A stretch of DNA of 64,000 nucleotides from Vulcanimicrobiota bacterium (GTDB taxonomy: Bacteria > Vulcanimicrobiota > Vulcanimicrobiia > Vulcanimicrobiales > Vulcanimicrobiaceae), in NCBI GenBank assembly GCA_963820825.1, contig CAWGBN010000007.1, positions 224,001 to 288,000 of the forward strand, written 5' to 3'. How positions within the stretch are numbered: the first letter of the stretch is position 1; each line of letters opens with the position of its first letter. The notes beneath the pieces were generated by a model. The model did no database searches. It had not been told where the DNA came from and was given only the letters and a program-made list of their open reading frames with translations. The position numbers and the translations under genes were made by a program. This document shows positions 28,312 to 37,105 of this stretch, piece by piece.

Positions 28312-29471
28312 GCAGATGCTTCCTCCTCGTCGTCGCCTGCGCGCATAGCCTCGGGATCGATACCGCGAGCCACGCAGAACTCGCGATAAGCCGCGGGCGC
28401 GATCTCGGATGGTTTGATCTCGCTGCGGCCGCCCCAGAAGACGTTGGTGTAGGCGAACGGGATTCCCGCTTCGCGCAGATGTGCGTCGATCGCGGCCTTG
28501 TGCGCCAGGACGACCGGCTTCTCGATGCCGTGCGCGACGGCCATGATGTTGACGTTACGGAACTCGGGTCCGCCCTCGCGCCAGTAGGCGTGGGTCATGA
28601 TGTAGTGGCGCCCGACTTCGCAGCCGGCCTCGATCTCGCGGCCCGGCGGCACGGCCCAGTGGAAGAGGGCGTTGTAGCGCGTGACGCGCTCGTTGCCGGC
28701 GGTAGGCTTGACGTGCTCGAGGAACGTCGAGAAGCGGCCGATGACGCCGCGCGCGTCGAGGGATCGCGCGATCTCGCAGAAGGTCTCGAGATCGACGCCC
28801 GCTTCGGCCGCGCGCGCGCGCCAGAGATCGCGGACGATTTCGGCGGGAGCAAACTCGCGCTTGAGCGCGACCAGGACGCGCCACTCCAGCTCCGAGAGCC
28901 GGACGATCGAGGTGAGGAGCGGTTGCGCCGGCTCCGGCGCGCGCGCACCCGGCTCGAGGCCGCGGCGCCGAACGTGGCCGACACCCAGGGTAAAGAGCAT
29001 CTTCGCGGGCATCAGGCGGACGCGCTCGGCGCCGACTTGGCCGCGCAGCCACTCGGCGTGCTTGGGCAGCGAATAATCCTGGGGAACTTTGAGCGTCGTC
29101 CAGAGCCGATAGGTGCTGCCCGGCGAGGCGGCGTCGGTCGTGCGAATGACGACGTGGCCGGAGAAGGGGTCCTCGCGGAACATGAACTCGAAGGCCGCGT
29201 CGAGCCGATCCGGCGCGATCTCCCATGCACAGAGCGCGCCGCGCGCGAGGTTCGTCGCGAGCATCGTCTGCCGAACGCGGCGAATCGTTCCGGCCCCCAG
29301 CATCGCGGCAACGCGCTCGAGCACCCTCTCGACGGGCACGCCGCTGCGCGCGGCGATCTCGCCGAACGGATCGACTTGGAATCCGGCGAGCCGGTCTTCC
29401 GAGACCGCGAGAATCGCCGCGTTGACCGGGTCAGAGATCGTTGCCGGCGGTTCGGCGGCCGGACGGATCAT
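28308..29471 (-). CDS. Double Lrp/AsnC-fold protein, AhbA-AhbB (siroheme decarboxylase / NirDL) fusion-like
   Basis: Two wHTH+AsnC repeats (PFGEIAARSG..GTIRRV; W..RAAEAG..GVIGRF); THAYWR resembles the AhbB HxYxR motif; NIMAVAHG. Confidence 0.7.
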   Translation of the reverse strand: MIRPAAEPPATISDPVNAAILAVSEDRLAGFQVDPFGEIAARSGVPVERVLERVAAMLGAGTIRRVRQTMLATNLARGALCAWEIAPDRLDAAFEFMFREDPFSGHVVIRTTDAASPGSTYRLWTTLKVPQDYSLPKHAEWLRGQVGAERVRLMPAKMLFTLGVGHVRRRGLEPGARAPEPAQPLLTSIVRLSELEWRVLVALKREFAPAEIVRDLWRARAAEAGVDLETFCEIARSLDARGVIGRFSTFLEHVKPTAGNERVTRYNALFHWAVPPGREIEAGCEVGRHYIMTHAYWREGGPEFRNVNIMAVAHGIEKPVVLAHKAAIDAHLREAGIPFAYTNVFWGGRSEIKPSEIAPAAYREFCVARGIDPEAMRAGDDEEEASA

Positions 29472-29477
29472 CCGAGA

Positions 29478-31112
29478 CTAGAGCTGAACGTCGCTCACAC
29501 CCGTCGCGTACAGATAGTTCTGCTCGGCAGTCTGCACGCCGTAAAGCGCCGTGATGTAGGCCGACTGCGCGGTCGTGAGATTGGCCTCGGCCGTAACGAC
29601 ATTGAGAATCGTCGTCGCGCCGACTTTATACTGCGCCTGTGTCGCGCTCAACGAGACCTGTGCGGCGACGAGCTCCGAACGCGCTTGCACGAGCGACGAG
29701 CGCGCCGAGATCAACGTCGCGAGCGCCGAGCGCACGTCGGATTCGACCGTCAGCTTCGTCGAGTTGAGGTTGGCGGTCTCTTGATCGAGTTGCGATGCCG
29801 CGACCGCGACGTTGTAGTTCGTCACGCCTTGGTCGTAGATCGGAATAGACAGATTCAGGCCGATCGTCTTGCTGTTGGACCAGCTCGCCGGGATCCCGTT
29901 CGGAGCCGCCGCTCCGGCCGGACAGAGTGAGATCGGAACGACGTTGCCTTTTTTGTCCGTCTCCGTGGTCGAGAAGCAGTCGATGAATTGACGGCTCACT
30001 CCGTCGCTTGCGCCCGCGGTGAGAATCGGGAATCGGGCGAGCTTGGCATAGCGTAGGTTCTCTTGGGCCGATTGAACGTTGTAGGCGGCTGCGAGGTAGT
30101 CGGGGCGCATAATGAACGCCCGCTTGAGCGAGGCTTCGTAGGTGGGATTCGGTGCGTTCGGCTGCCCCGTGATCTGCTGGGGAACGACCTCCGCGTCGGC
30201 GTCGAGACCCAGCGTCGTCGCAAACGACGCTTGTGCACCGATCGCGGTACCTTGAGCCGTCACGAGGTTGCCGCGTGCCTGCGCCGTCTGGAACTGCGCG
30301 GCCGCGATGTCGGACCGCGCCGCGGCACCGTTGCGAATCTGAGCCGCCGTCGAGGCTTCGTTCACTTCAAACTCGTGAACGAGCTGTGCGTCGGCCGTCA
30401 CCGTCGCGTTATCCTCGAGCACCGTGTAGTAGGCGTTGGCGACGTTGAAGGCAAGCGTCTGCAGTTGACGCAGCAGCGTCGCGCGACCCGCGATGTCGGC
30501 TTCCTTCGCCGAGCGAATGTTGGCGACCGTGCGGCCGCCGTCATAGATGAGCTGCGTAACGGTGATCGTCGCCGACTCGTTGGTCACGCTCGACTGCGAG
30601 TACGCCGCCGGCGTCGCCAAGCCGAAGGCCGCCGCTGGATTCGGGCCGGGGCTGCTCGTCGCTCGTCCGACGCTCGTACTGCTCGTCGTTCCGTTCGAAT
30701 ACTCGTTTCCTGCCTGGGCGTTCGCGCTCAAACCCGGATAGTAGGCTTGGACCGAGGAGGTGTATTTCGCGTGAATCGCCGCCCACTGCGCGTTTTGCAG
30801 CGCGAAGGTCGGCGAGAGCGCGACTGCGATTCGAATCGAATCCGTGAGCGTGATCGATTGCGGCACGCCCTTCTTCTGTCTGAGCTGCGCGACGTCGGGA
30901 GCGGGCGTGCCGTACGCGGGATACGGCAGCGGCGTTCCGCTGATGGTCGGCTGGGGAAGCGGCGACGGCATAATGATCCCGGGCACGCCTTGTATCTCGC
31001 CCGAACTTGGCGGCGGCGTCGGTACGGTCTGTGCGACGGCCACGCCGGTCACGGGGGTCCCCAGCACGAGCGCCGCTACGAGCGCTCGCGCGCGAAAACG
31101 TCCGCGATTCAT
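29478..31112 (-). CDS. TolC family outer membrane efflux protein
   Basis: Signal peptide; QLIYDGG, VANAYY, RPDY, IPIYDQG and QYKVGATTILNV repeats typical of OEP domains. Confidence 0.9.
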   Translation of the reverse strand: MNRGRFRARALVAALVLGTPVTGVAVAQTVPTPPPSSGEIQGVPGIIMPSPLPQPTISGTPLPYPAYGTPAPDVAQLRQKKGVPQSITLTDSIRIAVALSPTFALQNAQWAAIHAKYTSSVQAYYPGLSANAQAGNEYSNGTTSSTSVGRATSSPGPNPAAAFGLATPAAYSQSSVTNESATITVTQLIYDGGRTVANIRSAKEADIAGRATLLRQLQTLAFNVANAYYTVLEDNATVTADAQLVHEFEVNEASTAAQIRNGAAARSDIAAAQFQTAQARGNLVTAQGTAIGAQASFATTLGLDADAEVVPQQITGQPNAPNPTYEASLKRAFIMRPDYLAAAYNVQSAQENLRYAKLARFPILTAGASDGVSRQFIDCFSTTETDKKGNVVPISLCPAGAAAPNGIPASWSNSKTIGLNLSIPIYDQGVTNYNVAVAASQLDQETANLNSTKLTVESDVRSALATLISARSSLVQARSELVAAQVSLSATQAQYKVGATTILNVVTAEANLTTAQSAYITALYGVQTAEQNYLYATGVSDVQL

Positions 31113-31114
31113 CG

Positions 31115-32398
31115 TCAGTGCACCGTGCCGCCGGCGGTGGCGGAGGGTGCACTGCCGTTGCTGACCGCGACGACGCTGCCGTCCTTGAGGGCATCGGGAC
31201 GCGTGGTTACGACCATCGTCCCGGGCTGGATCTTCGGGCTCATGACCTGCGAAAGCGTGTCGGTCTGCACGCCCACGCGCACCGGAACCGCCTGGGCCTT
31301 ATTGTCGGCGACGATGTAGACGATGTTGCCGGCCGGCGTCTGCGCTACCGCGTTGCGCGGCACGACGATCGCGTTGGCGGCGTGCGCTTTCGTCACCGTC
31401 GTCGTGACCAGCATGCCGCCGCGTAAAACATATCCCGGATTGCGCACTTCGAGCCTCGCGAGATAGGAGAGGGTTCCCGCCGTCGGCACCAGGTTCACGG
31501 TTTGGACCGGTCCGGTGAACGTCCGTCCCGGCAGCGACGTCGACTGATACGTCACGGTGATTCCCGGATGGACGTACGGCAAATCCTCGTCAGGCACGTT
31601 CACGTTGATCCAGACCCTGTCGACGCGCGCCACTTGGAGGACGGGCTGCGAGGGCGAGGCGTAGGCGCCGGGGTCGACCAGGCGGTTCGCCACGACCGCG
31701 TCGTACGGCGAATACAAGAACGTCTGCGAGAGCTGCGTTGCAAGCAGATCGGCCTGGGCCGACGCCGCGGCGGCCTGAGCCTGCTGCGACTTCACGTTCT
31801 GCGCGCTCACCACGTTATTGCGCAGGCCGACGACCGAGTTGTTATACGTCTGCTGCGCTTGGACGTAGTTCGCTTGCGACTGCTGCAGCGTCGTCTCCGA
31901 AACGTATCCTTGTTTGTAGAGCTGCTTGTTCTGGTCGTAAACGAGTTTTGCGTTCTCCAACGACGCCTTGGCGGTCTGCACCGCGGCCTCGTTAGTCTGT
32001 ACCTGCACCGGATAACCTACGACCGAGCCTTGCGCTGCAGCCGAATACTGCGCCGCCTGCGCGCGCGCTTGATCGAGCGACGCCTGAAGCGTGCGCGGAT
32101 CGATCGTTGCGAGCAGCTCTCCCTTGTGCACCATATCGCCGATGTTGACGTTGATCTTGAGAATCGTGCCGCTCTGCTGGAAGGCGAGCGTCGACTGTTC
32201 GAGCGGTGCGATCTGCCCGTCGAGCGTCAGGTACGTCGCAAGGTTCTGGCGCGTCGCCGCGGCCGCGTCGACCGTGAGGGGCGGAACCCCTGGGGGCGCC
32301 TTCTTCCCGCATCCGGTGAGAAGGGACGCCGCGGCAATGGCGGCAAGCGCCATCGACGTCGCTCTAAAAGAAACGGAGAGGGGTGTCATCCTGAGCAT
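31115..32398 (-). CDS. Efflux periplasmic adaptor (membrane fusion) lipoprotein
   Basis: Lipobox LTGC; lipoyl halves (SGTILKINVNIGDMVHKGELLA; SPYDAVV), alpha-hairpin and GMLV. Confidence 0.9.
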   Translation of the reverse strand: MLRMTPLSVSFRATSMALAAIAAASLLTGCGKKAPPGVPPLTVDAAAATRQNLATYLTLDGQIAPLEQSTLAFQQSGTILKINVNIGDMVHKGELLATIDPRTLQASLDQARAQAAQYSAAAQGSVVGYPVQVQTNEAAVQTAKASLENAKLVYDQNKQLYKQGYVSETTLQQSQANYVQAQQTYNNSVVGLRNNVVSAQNVKSQQAQAAAASAQADLLATQLSQTFLYSPYDAVVANRLVDPGAYASPSQPVLQVARVDRVWINVNVPDEDLPYVHPGITVTYQSTSLPGRTFTGPVQTVNLVPTAGTLSYLARLEVRNPGYVLRGGMLVTTTVTKAHAANAIVVPRNAVAQTPAGNIVYIVADNKAQAVPVRVGVQTDTLSQVMSPKIQPGTMVVTTRPDALKDGSVVAVSNGSAPSATAGGTVH

Positions 32399-32537
32399 CT
32401 CTTTCCTAAAATCGGTCCTTCATGGTCTCATATACGGCGCCCAAGGGCCTTTGATTCAAAGAAGCCCCCACGGGAGCCTACAGCCCCCCAGAACCTCGGC
32501 ATGAGGTCATCGGCTGCAGGGCGTATCTCCCGGGGGC

Positions 32538-32933
32538 ATGAGCGCTAAGCTCAACATCGGCCGCTCGTATAGCCTGCAGAGCCGCGTCGAGGAGTGGATG
32601 ACTGCCGAAAAGGCAGGCAACAAGGGCGTCGACGTCCTCTCCACCTCGATGCTCGTTCAACTGGTTGAGAGCGCCGCGATCCACTGCGTCGAGCCGGTCT
32701 TGCAGACCGGACAGATCACCCTTGGGACGCATGTCGATCTCGAGCATAAGAAGCCGGTCCCGGTCGGGTTCATCGTCCGGACCGAGGTCGAGGTCGTGAT
32801 GCTCGACGGCCCGCGGGTCAGCTTCGCCGTCCAAGTCTTCGACGAGCAGGAAGCGGTGGCCGAAGGCACCCACGAGCGCTACATAATCGAGAAGGCCAAG
32901 TTCCTGGCGAAGCTGCGCGAAAAGCTCGCCTGA
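32538..32933 (+). CDS. FlK-like hotdog-fold thioesterase
   Basis: VLSTSMLVQLVE, LGTHVDLEH..P and AEGTHER motifs. Confidence 0.85.
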   Translation: MSAKLNIGRSYSLQSRVEEWMTAEKAGNKGVDVLSTSMLVQLVESAAIHCVEPVLQTGQITLGTHVDLEHKKPVPVGFIVRTEVEVVMLDGPRVSFAVQVFDEQEAVAEGTHERYIIEKAKFLAKLREKLA

Positions 32934-33059
32934 CTAGCCTCCCACTGCAGGGGAGGCAATCGGCCGTCCCCGAAAAGGACGCCAAAGGTACTCACCGACC
33001 GTGCCCCGGAGGGTTCGGGCGGTTAGGCCTAAGCTCAATTAATCAGCTAGGAGGACAGA

Positions 33060-34394
33060 TTGAAGCGACTGAGCACTGGAGTCCTGGCCGTGCTGATGGC
33101 AGCCGGTCTTGGACTCACCGCGGTCGCAGCCCAGCCCGGAGCTTCGCATGGCAACATTGGAACCAACGCGATCGCTCAGGACCAGGGAGCGACGGCTGCT
33201 CCGCCGGCGAACTTCGGGTCCCCGCCGTCGGGTCAGTATCCGATTCTCTACAACGACCATCACGTCTACACCAAGCCTGATATCCTGAAGCAGGGTCGCG
33301 TGCTCGCAGCGCTCGTCCGAGGCGGAACGATTCTCATTCCGCTTCGCTCGATGTTCGAGCAAATGGGCCCGCCGTACCCGACGGTATCGTGGGACGCAGG
33401 CTCCAAGACGGCGACGGTCAGTAAACCCGGCGCCGAGGTCAAAGTCACGGTTGGAAAGCCGGAAGTCATCATCAACGGCGAATCGCGTCCGCTGGACGTT
33501 CCGCCGGAGATCTATCAAGGTACCGTTCTCGTACCGGTCCGAGTCATCTCGGAAGGCATGGGAGCTTACGTGCAGTGGGTGCCGGACCGCCGTCTGGTTG
33601 TAGTTCGCTACATCCCGGCGACCCCGCCGCCGCCGCCACCGGCTCCGCCGCCGCCACCGCCGCCAACGCCGACCCCAGTGCCGACGGCTGCACCGTATTA
33701 CGACTTCTATGTGGCGGGCGATTACATCATCTCGCCAAAGGTCTACAACGAGTTCAGCCCCGGTAACACCGGCAATAACAACAACGGCGGATTCTCATAC
33801 CGTCTGCACGGTGCGATTGAAGTCCCGGTCATGAACCTTCCGTTCATGGTCGAGGTGGATTATCGCCAGTACAACTGGCCGCACAACTGTGGCGGTTCCG
33901 GCGATCCGCAGTGCTACGTCACGACGATCGGTGGACTCGGAACGTCATTCGTTCCGGGCTTCATCGGCCGCGATTACGACTTCGATGCACGCTTGGGGAT
34001 TCGCGTCCTCTCGCCACGCATCTACATCGTCGGCGGTTACATGTCGCGTCGTAACAACTACGGCTATCCGGCCGAGAACGGCGCGGGCGTAGGTCTGGAG
34101 AAACTCCCCGACCTCGACCGCGTCTTCTCTTGGTACGGCAGCGCCGTCTACTACTTCAACGTGAACGGTAACTACGGAAGCGTTGCGGGAGCTTGCAGCC
34201 CGCCGACGAGCCCGTGTACGTACATCGTAGGATACAACATCCTCAAGTTCGATCTGGGCGTCACCTACACGTTCCCTGGATTCCCGCTCTTCATCGAGGC
34301 CGGGTTCCTGGGCGATCGGGGTTGGAACTACAACGCCGCTCCGATTGGATTCTCGGAAAGCGGCCCGTACGCGGGCATCGGATTGAAGCTCTAA
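33060..34394 (+). CDS. Secreted protein: copper amine oxidase N-terminal (stalk) domain, Pro-rich linker, probable outer-membrane beta-barrel
   Basis: AGGAGG RBS; signal peptide; ILIPLR..E.MG and VLVPVRVISEGMGA repeats; poly-Pro linker; aromatic alternating strands ending GPYAGIGLKL. Confidence 0.78.
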   Translation: MKRLSTGVLAVLMAAGLGLTAVAAQPGASHGNIGTNAIAQDQGATAAPPANFGSPPSGQYPILYNDHHVYTKPDILKQGRVLAALVRGGTILIPLRSMFEQMGPPYPTVSWDAGSKTATVSKPGAEVKVTVGKPEVIINGESRPLDVPPEIYQGTVLVPVRVISEGMGAYVQWVPDRRLVVVRYIPATPPPPPPAPPPPPPPTPTPVPTAAPYYDFYVAGDYIISPKVYNEFSPGNTGNNNNGGFSYRLHGAIEVPVMNLPFMVEVDYRQYNWPHNCGGSGDPQCYVTTIGGLGTSFVPGFIGRDYDFDARLGIRVLSPRIYIVGGYMSRRNNYGYPAENGAGVGLEKLPDLDRVFSWYGSAVYYFNVNGNYGSVAGACSPPTSPCTYIVGYNILKFDLGVTYTFPGFPLFIEAGFLGDRGWNYNAAPIGFSESGPYAGIGLKL

Positions 34395-34415
34395 GCTTCA
34401 ACTCCGCAGTAAATC

Positions 34416-34445
34416 GAAAGCCCCCGCGTCCGCGCGGGGGCTTTC
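34416..34445. terminator. Bidirectional intrinsic terminator
   Basis: Perfect 13-bp inverted repeat GAAAGCCCCCGCG-TCCG-CGCGGGGGCTTTC between convergent genes. Confidence 0.85.
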
Positions 34446-34446
34446 A

Positions 34447-35214
34447 CTATTTATGCGGCGTCGCCGATGGCGCCGGAAGCGCAGTGGGCATCGGTCCCAT
34501 CTCGGCCGGCACCGGCGAGGGCTGCACGCAGGGCGGCGTGATCACGTTGACCGCGGCCCGTCCGGGCGCCGGCGTCGGGCTCGGCGTCGCAGCGGGCGTG
34601 GCATCCGGCGTCACGCCGGGCGGAAGCGGCGTCGGGCAGATCTGCGCAATCCCGAACCAATGCTCCGTGTAACCGCCCTGGATCGAAGACTTCATCACCT
34701 TGCCGAAATAGGTATTTCCGTATTTGGTGACGAGCAGCTGGATGAACTGCCACGACATCTGCTGCTCGGCCTGGGTGTAGACTTTCCGCAGCACCTGAAC
34801 CCCGAGAAAGTACGACCGCGCGAGCTGCGGGTCGTTCGGGTATTTGGCAGCCCAGCGCTGCAGCGCTTCGGTCGCAAAATCGAGTTTCGAGATGAGCTTT
34901 GGATCGGTCGTATAGGCACCGGCGCTGATCGCGCCGTCCTTGTACGTGTTGTCGATGCCGAGATAGCTCATCTTCATGCGGCCGAAATACTCGTCCCCCG
35001 GTGCCGAGCTGTTGAACTGCTCGCACTGCAGGTGCGCCCATTTGCTCCTCGTCGAATCGCAGACGTCTTTGCTCTTCGGCTTCGCCGAAGGCGTCGGTGT
35101 CGGTGTGGCGGCAAGGGCCGGCTCGACCGATGCGACCGTCCCGAAAGAAATAGCGCCTGCGGCAAGAGCCGAAAGCGTAATCGTTGGTATCGCAAATTTC
35201 ACGTTTGGAAACAT
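34447..35214 (-). CDS. Hypothetical secreted protein
   Basis: Signal peptide, PT-rich linkers and a helical core (APGDEYFGRMKMSYLGIDN...WAAKYPNDPQLARSY). Confidence 0.7.
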   Translation of the reverse strand: MFPNVKFAIPTITLSALAAGAISFGTVASVEPALAATPTPTPSAKPKSKDVCDSTRSKWAHLQCEQFNSSAPGDEYFGRMKMSYLGIDNTYKDGAISAGAYTTDPKLISKLDFATEALQRWAAKYPNDPQLARSYFLGVQVLRKVYTQAEQQMSWQFIQLLVTKYGNTYFGKVMKSSIQGGYTEHWFGIAQICPTPLPPGVTPDATPAATPSPTPAPGRAAVNVITPPCVQPSPVPAEMGPMPTALPAPSATPHK

Positions 35215-35281
35215 CCCCCGGGGCGCAGACTTGGTCGGCTGGTAAGGGCATACCTTTCGAGCCGCGAATCAACGACCGACG

Positions 35282-36577
35282 ATGAACGCCTCTCTCCGCA
35301 TCGCGGCGATGCAGCTTCGCGCGCATGACCGCGGCGATTTTCCGAGTGCGCGCGAGCGCATTATCGAGGAAGTGCGGCGCAACGCTGCGCAGACGGACTT
35401 GCTTGTCTTGCCTGAGGCGACGTTTCCGGCGTACGTCCTCGGAGCGTCTCACTACAACGAGGAGACGGCGGTCCTCGCCGCGCTCGACCGGCTGCGCGAG
35501 ATCGCCGTCGCGACGCAAACCGTCATCGTCATCGGCGCCGCGGCACGCAGCGATACCGGAGTGCGCAACGGCGCGTTCGTCATCGACGCTGACGGCTCAC
35601 TCGCCGGGCGTGCCGACAAGCTCTTTCTCTGGCACTTCGACCGCCGCTGGTTCGCGCCGGGCACGCAACTCGCGCCGATTCGCACCGCCGCCGGCAGCCT
35701 GGGCGTGCTCGTCTGCGCCGATGGGCGCCTCCCTACGATCGCTCGAACGCTGGTCGACCGCGGTGCCGATCTCTTGGTAATGCCGACGGCATGGGTCACG
35801 AGCGGCCGAAATCCCGAGGCGCTGGAAAACGTACAGGCCGATCTCCTCGCACGCGTTCGCGCGTACGAGAACGGCGTTCCGTTCGTCGCCGCCAACAAGT
35901 GCGGGAGCGAGCTCGGCATGGTCGCGTACTGCGGCAAGAGTCAAATCGTCGACGCTCGCGGCGAGATCGTCGCGATCGCCGGGGAACGCGAGCCCGAGAC
36001 GCTGCGCGCGACCCTTCAACTCGGCGGCGGGCGGCCGCGGCGAAGCGCGGCCGGCGATCTCCCCGAGCGCGTGCCGGAATCGACCGGCGCGTTTCGCATC
36101 GCGATTTCGTTCGAACGACTCCCCGGCGACGTCGAAGAACGGCTCGAATTGCTCGACGACGCGGTCGCGCTCTCGCCGTCCGGCACCGCGACGGCACCCG
36201 GCGTAACGCTCGCCCCTCCGGTCGCGCAAGTCGGCGACGATCGCGTTCTCGACCCCGCGGGACTGGTCGCCTACCGGCGCGCGGGGTACGCCGTGATCTG
36301 CTGGACGACGAGTCTCGGCGCGCCCTGGCTCGAACGTGTCGCTCGAGCGCGCGCGCTCGAGCTGCGCCTCTACGTCGTCGTCTTCGACCGCGCGACGCAG
36401 CGCGCGTTCGCCGTCGATCCCGACGGCACGATCGTCGCCGGCACCTTCGGCGAGTACCGGCTGGCGAGTCTTCTCTTCGACCCTCGCAAGGTCGCCGAGA
36501 CGCTCGTCGTCCCGGGAAGCGACGTCGCCGAGGGGCTCGAACTCGTCGCCGGGATTGTCGCCGATGCTCGCGAGTGA
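35282..36577 (+). CDS. Carbon-nitrogen hydrolase (nitrilase superfamily)
   Basis: Catalytic triad contexts LVLPE, ADKLFL and VCADG; RAYENG; C-terminal extension. Confidence 0.85.
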   Translation: MNASLRIAAMQLRAHDRGDFPSARERIIEEVRRNAAQTDLLVLPEATFPAYVLGASHYNEETAVLAALDRLREIAVATQTVIVIGAAARSDTGVRNGAFVIDADGSLAGRADKLFLWHFDRRWFAPGTQLAPIRTAAGSLGVLVCADGRLPTIARTLVDRGADLLVMPTAWVTSGRNPEALENVQADLLARVRAYENGVPFVAANKCGSELGMVAYCGKSQIVDARGEIVAIAGEREPETLRATLQLGGGRPRRSAAGDLPERVPESTGAFRIAISFERLPGDVEERLELLDDAVALSPSGTATAPGVTLAPPVAQVGDDRVLDPAGLVAYRRAGYAVICWTTSLGAPWLERVARARALELRLYVVVFDRATQRAFAVDPDGTIVAGTFGEYRLASLLFDPRKVAETLVVPGSDVAEGLELVAGIVADARE

Positions 36578-37100
36578 AGCGCCGCGTGCCGGCAGACGCG
36601 TCGTCTCCGTTGCCGCAGCGATCGTCGCCGTGCTCGCCGCCCTCGGCACGCTCTTCTCGCATCATCGCTCGATCATGGCGCTCTCGGCGAAGAACCAGGC
36701 GATCTTGACGCAAGCCCGGGCGACCGATACCTACAATGCCTACGAGGCCAAGCAAATCCGCTACAACGTCTATCGCGCGATCCTTGCAAGCGATCTCGTG
36801 CGCAATGCCGAGAATCGCGCTCACTTGGAGTCGGTCGCAGAGAAAGAGCAGAGCTCCTCTCCGGCGGTCTTGGCGAAAGCCAAAGCGCTGGAGGAAGCGG
36901 CGCTGCGCGACGACGATCGCTCGGAATCGATCCTAAAATCGTACGAGCTCTTGCAATACGCGACGACGATGTTCGAGATCTCGATCGTTCTCATCTCGCT
37001 CTCGGCGCTCGCGACGCCGCGCCTCTTCATCCCGGTCGCCTCGGGATTGAGCTGCGTGGGACTCATTCTCTTCGTCGTCGGGCTGCTCAAGGCGCAATAG
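36564..37100 (+). CDS. DUF4337-like membrane protein
   Basis: N-terminal TM, ATDTYNAYEAKQIR (family WxxYQAK-like) motif, two C-terminal TMs; start ATG 36564. Confidence 0.65.
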   Translation: MLASEAPRAGRRVVSVAAAIVAVLAALGTLFSHHRSIMALSAKNQAILTQARATDTYNAYEAKQIRYNVYRAILASDLVRNAENRAHLESVAEKEQSSSPAVLAKAKALEEAALRDDDRSESILKSYELLQYATTMFEISIVLISLSALATPRLFIPVASGLSCVGLILFVVGLLKAQ

Positions 37101-37105
37101 AGCAC

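Noticed and set aside
32940..33050. c-di-GMP-I riboswitch suggested by GGCAA...GAAA..GGACGCCAAAG upstream of the barrel protein
   Set aside because: P2 lacks the GCAAAC/GACGCAAAG geometry and no P3 is evident; only short hairpins are supportable.
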